Origin: Antedon mediterranea
Taxonomy: Eukaryota; Animalia; Echinodermata
DNA: 64,000 bases
NCBI RefSeq assembly: GCF_964355755.1
Contig: NC_092672.1
Location: 36,772,437 to 36,836,436 of the forward strand
Direction: 5' to 3'
A program made the position numbers and the translations under genes. Positions 25,801-37,800 of the stretch are shown here, in pieces (the first letter of the stretch is position 1; the number at the start of each line of letters is the position of its first letter). Below the pieces are notes generated by a model. The model ran no database searches, was not told the DNA's origin, and saw only the letters and a list, made by a program, of their open reading frames with translations.

Positions 25801-28800
25801 GATCGATTGATTAATTGAATATGGATTGGGCTGTAAGGTGTGATGCACATGTCAGTCCTTACCATTACTAGTTACTTTTAATCAATTTTATATTGTACAT
25901 GTTAATGTCTCATAATAAAAGAAAATATTATATAAATTACTTTAATAAAGCCAAATAAATAAATTCATTGTCATTGTGTAAATATAGCAAATATAAATCT
26001 ATACTTGAACTTTAATACATAATGTATGTAAAGTTAATCTTTATAATTAAAACCTTGGTCCTACAAAATGGACTCTATATTTAAACTTTAATAAACAATG
26101 TATTTAAAGTTATTCTTTTTTAATTAATACACTGTGTATATGAAATATTTGTTCACATCTAGGTAGAATTATATGAATAGTAAAATTATAAAATAAAATT
26201 TAAAGTGGGAGATAAGGAAATAATATGTACAATTTTCTACATTACATAAAAAAAAAAAAAAATTTAAATCCAGGGCAGAGTTATACGATTTATGTTTGTT
26301 TACTAATTTATTCCAAGCATGCATTTTAGCTTTGGCATGTTGTCAAAAATCATCGATTAAGAATAATGACGGGCGAACAGTTGAAGTTATGTTAATTTGT
26401 CAACTTTGTCAAAATGCCTCGTTGTCGTCGATTGTAGACAACAGTATGCGTAGAGTAATCAAGGCTATAACGCTAATGCAAAACAAAATGTTTGACCTTG
26501 GTCATATAAAATGGACTCGAAAAACTTATCATTTTGATATTAAAATTCTCTTAAAGAATATATTATCATTAGGTAAATATATATGACAGTTACGATGTAT
26601 CAACGTATTCTGCGAATTTATTTGCAAATACTTGGTATTTCAAATGCATCTTTTGTACAACTCCCAAGTTTTTATGTTTACTAATTCTCATCTGTGTATA
26701 TAATTTATTTTATGAGCTTGCCAACAATACAAACTGTAACTAAATTTCTACCTTACTAGTTTTATTTACTGGTGCTATATGAGTTACAGTATATTTTATT
26801 TTGTGATGTTGTAATGGCAATTGTGAACCTATATTATGTGATGTATACTTTTATATAACTTTTGTCTATTGTTTAAATGCTTTAACTTTTAATATATGTA
26901 AAATACTAAAAATAAGAAAAACAAAAAAAAACTTTAAGCTGCAGAGATAGTTTTCTACTGAAACAAAATTGATATAGATTATTGTAACAATTGTAAAGAA
27001 TGAAATAAAAGTGAGTGAATCTCACAAAAGACAAAAAAAAAACTGTAACTAAATTTAAGATTAAATCAAAGATTTAAATCAGCTAAAAATAAATTATCTT
27101 CCGGTTCAGGCAAAAGGGACATTTCCTAAGACGGCATAATTGTCAGGAAAAAAGGGGACACATTCCCAAGATACAAAAGGATACATTCCCAAGATACAAG
27201 GAGAGACATTCCCAAGATACAAGGAGAGACATTCCCAAGATACAAAAGGATACATTCCCAAGATACAAAAGGATACATTCCCAAGATACAAAAGGATACA
27301 TTCCCAAGATACAAAAGGATACATTCCCAAGATACAAAAGGATACATTCCCAAGATACAAAAGGATACATTCCCAAGATACAAAAGGATACATTCCCAAG
27401 ATACAAAAGGATACATTCCCAAGATACAAAAGGATACATTCCCAAGATACAAAAGGATACATTCCCAAGATACAAAGGATACATTCCCAAGATACAAAAG
27501 GATACATTCCCAAGATACAAAAGGATACATTCCCAAGATACAAAAGGATACATTCCCAAGATACAAGGAAAGACATTTTATGGAACCAAGGGACATACTG
27601 GTAATTCAAGATTGCAATATGTAAATGTATTTCGTAAAAGTAAAGTTGACAATGTATCAATGTTTGACATACTCCCAGGAATCTAAACACCTAAAGCGTG
27701 GATCCCACTAGCGACGCAACACAAGGACGTAACGCAACGCAAGTGAATTGACCAATCACAAGCGATGGCTTATTCGCTTGTGATTGCGAACTGTCTATAA
27801 CTTTGCTTGTCATTGGTTAAAACGCTTGCGTTTACGTCCTTGCGTTACGTTCTAGTGTGAACCAAGCTTTAAATAGATCTATATACATACAGATAATGAA
27901 ACACATACAAAATGAAGCACATACCTGGAACACCTGTAGAGCTAGATAGGGAATTGCCCATACAAGGTTTATTATTATCTTCAATTGATGGTCCAGACAG
28001 CTTCAGATCAAGATCATCAAATGGTTCCTGTAGACAAAATTTACCGATATTGTAACACAAAACTAATGCTTAAGTAAAGTTGTATGGTAAAGTGAAAACA
28101 TGCATAAAGCTCGGTCTACAATATCAAACCAGTTTGAAAAAATGTGATGTGCCCATATATGGACATGATGATGTCATATCACTACCATATTTAAACATAT
28201 TACTACCATATTTCGGCACATCACACATTTTTTGTCAAATTAATTTGATAGTGTAGACAGGGCTTTAGAAGTTACAATAATGTATTAAAATGTTGCAAGG
28301 ATTGGAGACTGATGAACCAAGGTAATGTTTCATCAGAACTATGACCTTTCTATTTGATCTTTGACCCTATGAGGTCGTATCCATGACAGAAAGAAGGCAA
28401 AACACCATCCTAAAGTCACAACAGGTATTGAAAACCTGTACACATACCTCAGAATCAATGAAGCATAAACATTCTTTAACAAATAATAACAATAATGTAA
28501 ACATTTTATATTCAATATTGATTCCATTAATAGTAAATCACCAAAAATGACAAACATAATAATATTAGTAATTTGAACTTTTAAGCGCATAATGCATAAA
28601 GCCTCTATGCGCTTCACATAAAAATAATCGATAAATAAAATAAAAAAGAGCAATTAAAAATGAGTGACAGGCTATAAAATATGTAAACATAAACATGTAT
28701 GTATGTTTTTTTTTAAATTTTTTAAAACAAAAACATCAACAAATCTTTACCACACACATATAGAAACAAAAACCTATATGGTATTTTATACAAATACGTT

Positions 28801-31800
28801 GCATAACAGTGGCTAAAAGGACACAAAGGAATTACCAACATTATCAACTTACCCCAGGGTCATCGTCACTGCCATCACTGTCAAAAAGTTGATCAAGGTC
28901 TGTGTTAGTTACAGCCAGGTCTGTCTCGTGGAAAAATGAGGACGAGTTCCTTTGGTGCATGGGTTGTTGACCTATGGGCATTAAGAAAAATTTAAATAAT
29001 TTACGATCAAAATAAAGCTGTTGTACGCATGTGAATACCATGAATGTCTTGTAATACATAAACTAACAGATTGAAGATGGTTCAAGGGGATTAATATTTT
29101 GCTGAAGTTGTTAGCTGTTTGAATATCCTGATCCTGGGTTTTCCCTTAAGGTTGTCGGATATCTGGAGACCATCGATCTGGTTTTTCCAAAGCTGTCAGT
29201 TACATGGGAATCCTTATTTGTAGATTTTTTTCAAAGCTTTATGTAACTGTGACTTGATGGACTTTATGGGAATTTTATGCATGGAGAATACTACTTACCC
29301 CCATCTGCTAAACTCTCTGTGGGAGAGGCAAGGCATGTTAAAGCACCGGATGACAGTGGATCGTTCTCACCACCTTGTCTTTGTTTTAAGTCTTCCTCCT
29401 AAAAAATAAAAAAAAAAGATAATAATTTACTAAGCAGTGAGCATAATTCGAATATACAACAAGTTTACAGTCAACTCTCCCAATACCGAACAACCCTTGG
29501 GCTGGGCTAATATGTCTGATTTTATGGAAAGTCTGGTATTCGGAATGTGTTTTTAATGGTAACAATTGGCCTTTTTGAACCTCAAGGAAAGTCTGGTTTT
29601 GGAAGAGTTCCCAGTTTTCAGAGTGTCTGGTATTGGGAGATTTTAGTGTATCATAAAAATACAATATCTGTATGACCTAATTTCCATAATATTCTAATAA
29701 TAATAATTTAACTTTTTGTTTTATAGATTGTAAAAAAAAATCAACCACTGACCTGTTTCTTTTTATCTGGCTTAGCTTTGAAGCTCCCTCTTCTTCCTAA
29801 TCGCTGCCTGACTTTCGTATTATTTGATTTTTTATTGTAAACTGACGACATTGTACGGCCACTCTGTAAATAAGAAAAAACAATTGTTTAGAAAACAAAT
29901 TTTTGTTTGTTTTATTGTTTAAAATGCGACCAACTAAAAAAAGGAATATTTTATTTAAGAAGAGTGTTATAGGTCACACTGATTACTGAACAACTTCAAA
30001 TAAATAACTTTGTTTATATGAAAATAGTGGGGAAAAAATCAATAATAAACTTATATACAATATTATTAAACCAAAGTTTGGAACAGAATGAAATTAAATT
30101 TCCAAACCCATGCAATTTAAAGAGCACCCTCTATAGTTTCTTGCATTTAGAGACAGGAACCTGTTAAAGGAAGTGTGGATAAGGCAATATTAGCGTTTGA
30201 CTACTGGAGAAAATAGGTCCAATCTGTCGAACTTCTGAACCAAAACAATGCCTCCCATGACTAATACTATATGACACATCGCCAACATATAGTTCCTTAC
30301 TAACTCAGAGGCAAGATTATTATATTTGTTGTAGTCTCAAGACGAGATGTATGCCAAGAATCGTAGCACAACGCAGGTTTTTGTAATTTGATGGGTGTTG
30401 TTTATCCTTGAAGTCAGTAAAACTACACTGAAAGTGCACGTTTAGTTTAGTATCTTGAAGTAAAATTTTTCCTTAACTTTATATGTTAATTTACATTAAG
30501 TTTACATTAAAACCCCCATATCCTTACGTTTTTTTAGATCTAATTAAAGGTCACAAAATACATTTCATTTCTTCATTTATTTAATATAAAAATAAATACT
30601 ATACTGTCCTATTGTGATAACTTTTTTCGTCTGTAAATGCATTATGCTTTATTTTTTTTAATAAAACGTCAACAATTGTAGGGAATGGGTCTTTAACGGG
30701 TTGTAGAACTTACTTTTAGTACCTTACTTTATTTCTTTTTTTTAAACACACCACGACAAGTTTGACATACTTACTTTCATCTATCTTCAACTGCACACAC
30801 TCTCACAACAGCCACCTCCCATCTATTACTCCCACTTTCAGCCTTCTCAGTCAGTTTTCTCATGCTTTCCGCCAGTTATACTAAGACCAATTACTGATTG
30901 ATCATTTAAAAGCCTTGTAAATTACCCATTAAAGATTTCACCACATAGAACACATTCCTGATGTTGTTAGATCTCTACTTACATTGGGTGATGTAATGTC
31001 CGACTCTTCAAATGCATAGGGGTCAATGTCTGGGGAGGGCTGACGTCCAGGTCGTCTCTCCTCATACATTCCTGGCATCATAATAGAGTCACTCCGATAT
31101 AAAAATGACTTCTCCTGTCGAAGCTTCTTATGTGGTTGATAAAAAACTCTGTTCGCAAGAGAATATATTAGACATTATAATTCAGTTTTGCCCATTATAT
31201 AAATGTAAAGGTTTTATTTATAGAACATTTTAATGGTTACATAGCAAACAAGAATCAATGACAATTGTCATTTATTGATGATTATGTATTATGTAGACAG
31301 TAAAAACAGTTACTGTATAGTTAAAATATATTTAATGATATACAATAAACTATCAATACTGTATACACACAATCAATGGGTAGTTTTATATGAATGCGAT
31401 TGAACCAATACAAAGTAGGTTCAAAATATTGATCTTATGCAGTTCATCAAACTTTTAATTTAAATTACGAAATTTACTATATAATAAAAACAATAAACAT
31501 GCAGTACATACAGTACAAGTAGCATATTAATGGGATAGCTACGGGACCCACCACAGTATCTGGGATAATCCCATTATTATGGAAGTAGTAGGCAGCATAT
31601 TAATGGGATAGCTACGGGACCCACCACAGTATCTTGGATAATCCCATTATTATGGAAGTAGTAGGCAGCATATTAATGGGATAGCTACGGGACCCACCAC
31701 AGTATCTTGGATAATCCCATTATTATGGAAGTAGTAGGCAGCATATTAATGGGATAGCTACGGGACCCACCACAGTATCTGGGATAATCCCATTATTATG

Positions 31801-34800
31801 GCAGTAGTAGGCAGCATATTAATGGGATAGCTACGGGACCCACCACAGTATCTGGGATAATCCCATTATTATGGAAGTAGTAGGCAGAATATTAATGGGA
31901 TAGCTACGGGACCCACCACAGTATCTGGGATAATCCCATTATTATGGAAATAGTAGGCAGCATATTAATGGGATAGCTACGGGACCCGCCACAGTATCCG
32001 GGATAATCCCATTATTATGGAAGTAGTAGGCAGCATATTAATGGGATAGCTACGAGACCCACCACAGTATCTGGGATAATCCCATTATTATGGGTTTTCC
32101 AGAATAAGGCAATAGTGTTCAATATTATACTACTGCCCCCTGTTCATTTCACAGGAAAATGTCCTCTTAGTCTTTATAGGGATGTCCTAAAGGAGGTATC
32201 TACTATATATCTGTTAGTCATTATGATACATCGTATACAGGTTAGCCATTTTTAATAGAACCATTGTTTCAACAACAAGAGTTGGTTAATAATTGAAAAA
32301 AATAATGGATACTTACTCATCACTATTATCAGGTTCATATAAAGCATCCAACAAAATATCCGATTGATCTTCAAGTTCTAAATTTGTCTTTGGCAACAAA
32401 GGCCGTTTAAAATTCAAAGGAAATTGGAAATGTTTCCATAAAACATCATCGTCTTTAACTTCTGTTTCTACACTACACTTTTGATTTGAAGTCCTTTCTC
32501 CTTTGGCAAGTTCAGTAAAAACATGGTCTTTATTTTCCATCGCAACAGGATATGGTTCAGTTTTTATAACCGGCACATTACTGGCGGTCGGCGTGCCGGA
32601 ATCGCTACCGGCCCGCGTCGGCGGAGGGTACGGGCTAAGCGTAGGCATGGTCCTCTCACCGACGCCCAACGATTGATTGACAGGTGCGGTGAGAGGTGAA
32701 GGTGCGGCCGATTGAGGCGTTTGAGGTTGATTAGAATCGGACCGTAATAAATGGTTTGCCGGTTTAGATTTGTTATCCATAGTTACGACTGCGCCGACTT
32801 GCGCAACACCTAATCGGTGAGACATTACTTCTTGCTCGATTGAATAACAATCTTCGGTCATTGGAACTCGGTGATGAAACAAGTTTATCGACCTTGGACG
32901 TTGCTGCTGTTGCTGTTTGTCTTGTTTAGTATCCAATTTATGTTTCATGTGAGGAGAACTTGCAGCCGGAACTTTGGCAGCCCCCGATGGAACTAAAGAA
33001 GGTTTCATTTTGGAATTCCTGTTCCTGTTGAAAAAATACAAGAAAGCATTTGTAATTTCATTCACGTTAACACTTTCTAAAGAGTAATGATTTAAAAGGA
33101 GGCTCTCCTAGCTTGTTTGATCCCAATTTTTTGTTGGTTGTTGATATATTTTTTTGTGTCATCTTCAATATGAATTTGAATGCATTACCAACATGGACAT
33201 TGAGATATAGTATACCAAGAGCAGTGTTTACAACAAAGATAATTATGATCTCGTTTGACCTTACTTGATCATCAATTGTTATTATAATAACTAGCAGTAG
33301 CAGTAGCCATTTTTGGGCATAATCTCTGAATTAGTTCAACAAATACAAAATCTAATCAAAGAAGCTAACTTACCTTGTACATGCACACGTTGCTCTCTTA
33401 GTCGGCTCCGTAAAATGCCACGATCCAATCGTATCGAGAAGTTTGCTTGTTTGCGTTTGCGCATCATTCTCGTCGAGCCCTGCAGCTACGTTCAGAGCCT
33501 CTGCAGTCGCACTACTGTTAATAAAAATAAAATTGAATTTATTCTTTAATTTTCTCTAATTTACAAAAATAAATAGTATTCTACTATAAGCGTATTAAAC
33601 AAGGGTTCATATTTCAATCTACACTCTTATTTCAATCAAAAGCTAACTATAAGTACTTGCACTCCATTTTATAATATCTAACCTAGCAACAATCCTCCAT
33701 TTTGTTTAACAAGTCAATAATCTAGATCATTGTCTCTCTATGCTCTTACATTAATAAAAATTACAACAAAAAGTACTTCATAAATTTATTATGCATTGAA
33801 ATTCAATGCAAATTTATTAATATTTTAAAAAACTATTGCAGATGGATGTTTATCTAAATGAAAAAATAACAAATGGCATTGAAAATTATTTATATAATTT
33901 CTACTAATGTGCACATAATGTAACAGATTTAATTCCAAAAAGATATCCTAATTTTTATTGAAAATGAACTGAGATTGCATTACAATATTGTAGGAAGCTA
34001 CTGTAGAACAATTATTATGAGGAGGCATGCATTAAATTAGCATTAATTTGCATTTTATTTGATATCAAGAAACTATTGTTGTCTATATTGACTATCATAA
34101 TTCTTATCAAATCGTGACAATTCACAATCAAATTTAAAATGTATTTTCAAATTTCTGTTTGTTCTGTACTTATTAATCTTCGTTTTACTGATGACGTTAA
34201 GAATAAAAATTATGAATATTAAGGTCAGTGGACCGTGACATGGGGATTCAACCTTGATTGATTAAAACACACCGGAATATTTATATTTTTTTAATGAATG
34301 AACAGAAAAAGATAGTCTGTGCTATGCTTAATAGCAGACAATGAAAATCTTAATACATCCATTAGCAATACCAATGTGGTTAGCAAGCCAATGTTGTGTT
34401 AGCTCATCTACTTTAAAATAACATTATTTAAAATATTTCTGAAGAAAAAAAAAATTAAATATGTGGATATTTGAGGTTACCCGAACCATTACAATGTGGT
34501 TTTTGGTTATTAATCTAATTATAACTTAGTGGTCTATGTAATAGGAATATATTTGTAAAAACTGTTTAATCTTGTTATAATTGTATAAATAATACTATAA
34601 CAAATAATTTTCTATTTTTCCTGATAAATTTACATTAATAAATTCTTTGAAACATTATCAATATTATACTTATATTGATGAATACTATAAGATCAATATT
34701 TGTGAGGCATACACTACATAATTCTAATGAGCTTGTAAAAACATTATGAAAGATAAACACATGTTGAAGAAGCTTTCTGGCAATTCTCTGACTACCACTG

Positions 34801-37800
34801 ACAGACCTGTCATTAATAATTATCGCATGTAAACATACATGTAGTGCCTTGTAGGTTGCCACATTCTTTATATATTTTAGCCCACTGAATATTATTATCT
34901 TGTTCTTTCTGTATACAGTAGTAACCAATATTTTAATAATTACGATATAATAATGAATAATGAATGTGAATCATTGATAGGTAAATACTAACAAATGCAT
35001 AGTAGTAGCTACATTGAATGTTATGTAACGTTTCTAAAGCTGTGTCTACTGTACACCATCAAATTTGATGTGACAGAAAAATATGATGTGTCCATATATG
35101 GGCATGATGATGTCATATCACTACCATATTTGGGCACATCACACTTTTTTTGGTCCCAAGGATGTCCCCTTAATAGGATTTCAACTGAATTAGTAAACAA
35201 ATAAATGTTTTACTTATATAAAGTTGCTAATTGTTATTCTACTGTTGTTTTATATCATACTTAATCTACTTTTCAAGAACATAACAGTTTTATGAAAGAT
35301 AATGGACATCTTGTCTAATCATCCAACAGGCCATACACTAAGTAAAACAATTTAATTGCTTTATTATTAATTATTAAATAATAATTTCACAGCAAAAAAT
35401 GAACAAAAATCAATTTTAATAAGTTCATAATGCATTGTACTTTATTACAGCTAAAGGTTTGTATCATAAAGTCAACGCTATCTAAATTAAAATAATATTT
35501 TCATAGATTAATCAGCGTTTAGCATTTAGCTATGTCATTATCATACTGTACTACGGTAATATTGTAATTTCCACATGTTTACAGTACAATTACAATATCC
35601 TATGTTATAATTATCACTCTATAGAGCATTACTATGATTACATTAGTGATCACAGTTGATCTATTTGGAATCATCAACAGCAGTTAATTAACATTAGAAT
35701 AGAAAAGCGACTACACTGCTTGCCTACTCTGGTATTTTACATATTCAGCATACATCACCTCCCATTGGCTTTGTGTGTATATACTGTATTGTGTGAATTA
35801 CTCTATAAACATTAGCTTTCCGCCGCTATCTGTTGTCACTGTGTCATCAATGTTATCTAATTGTATGTAGTTGATTTAGAAGCAAATCATTATTTGGCAT
35901 TAAAATAGCAATCATTATTTAAAGTATCATAATCGGAATATTTACACTTTGTTTTTTCAAATAAAATCTAATTTTTAAATACAATTATCATTAATATAAT
36001 TACTATGTAGTTATGTGAATAAAAATTGAATGTTTTAGTAAATACTGCACAGTCAATTGTACCAATACCGGACATTATGTTTTAGTAAATACTGCACAGT
36101 AAATTGTACCAATACCGGACATTATGTTTTAGTAAATACTGCACAGTAAATTGTACCAATACCGGACATTATGTTTTAGTAAATACTGCACAGTAAATTG
36201 TACCAATACCGGACATTATGTTTTAGTAAATACTGCACAGTAAATTGTACCAATACCGGACATTATGTTGTAGTAAATACTGCACAGTCAATTGTACCAA
36301 TACCGGACATTATGTTTAGTAAATACTGCACAGTAAATTGTACCAATACCGGACATTATGTTGTAGTAAATACTGCACAGTCAATTGTACTAATACCGGA
36401 AATTATGTTTTAGTAAATATTGCACAGTCAATTGTACCAATACCGGACATTATGTTTTAGTAAATACTGCACAGTCAATTGTACCAATACCGGACATTAT
36501 GTTTTAGTAAATACTGCACAGTCAATTGTACCAATACCGGACATTATGTTTTAGTAAATATATAGTACAGTCAATTGTACCAATACCAGACATTATGTTT
36601 TAGTAAATATATAGTACAGTCAATTGTACCAATACCAGACATTATGTTTTAGTAAATACAGTATATAGTACAGTCAATTGTACCAATACCAGACATTATG
36701 TTGTAGTAAATACTGTACAGTCAATTGTACCAATACCAGACATTCTTCAACTAATCATATTTGAATATTTATGAGGCACTTTTTAACAAAGTAAAGTCTA
36801 ATTTTTAAATACAATTATCATTATTATTAATTACTATATGTATTTATGTGAATAGAAAATGAAATGTTAGTGAATAATAGTAGTAGAGTAAATTTGTCAA
36901 CTTATCATATCTGAATATGTATGAGGTACTTTTATCAAAGTAAAGTCTAATTTTTAAATACAATTATCATTAATATTAATTAATATGTATGTATGTGAAT
37001 AAAAATTAAATGTTAGGAAATTCTGTAAAGTCAATTGTACCACATATATATATATATATATATATATATAGCAGACGGTCCGAGTTCGAGTCTCGGTTGG
37101 GGCGACTTTTTCTCATTCTCACAGATTTCCTCATCTTTATCATTTCAAAAATGTATTAAATAATTTTCAGTGTATCACCGGGCGGTTTGGAATTTATTTC
37201 TATGCCTGTTGTGTTTATATATATATATATATATATAATATCTGAATGAGGCACTTTTTACCAAAGTAAAGTCTAATTTTTGTTTTTAATTATCTTTAAT
37301 AGGGTCTATTAATTAATATGCAATTATCTAAATAAAAATTAAATGTTGCAGTAAATACTGTACAGTCAATTATACCAATAGCGGAAATTCTTCAAATGTC
37401 TGATATTCTGACAAATTTTTCTGATTTTGGAAAAAAGTTGAATGTATCATATTTTTTCTTTAATTATTTAATGTAATAATTTTTTTCTTCACTTACCAAT
37501 AAAATGTAATAATATTTTTTCATTAAATAAGTACTGGCTACGTCACACAAAATGGTTATAATGCAATTGTTGATAACGTGTTTATTATTATTATAAAGTG
37601 ATTGTCGTTATTTGTCACAAAGCGACAAGATCATATGCCCTGCTTAAGAGCACCCTCATGAGGTTGGTCGGTCACTGCGCTGGTTCAACATTGTTCATCT
37701 GTTGACAATACGTAATTCATTACTCCAGTAATTGATCTGACATCCAACGCCTCACAGGTCACTGAGGTCATATACAGTGCTATAGTCTATGTTGTATCAT

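Noticed and set aside
27106-27690. Long overlapping ORFs of 138-194 aa
   Set aside because: They are translations of the 23-bp minisatellite.
31522-32092. CRISPR-like array of palindromic repeats
   Set aside because: No unique spacers, no cas genes, and it lies in a eukaryotic intron.
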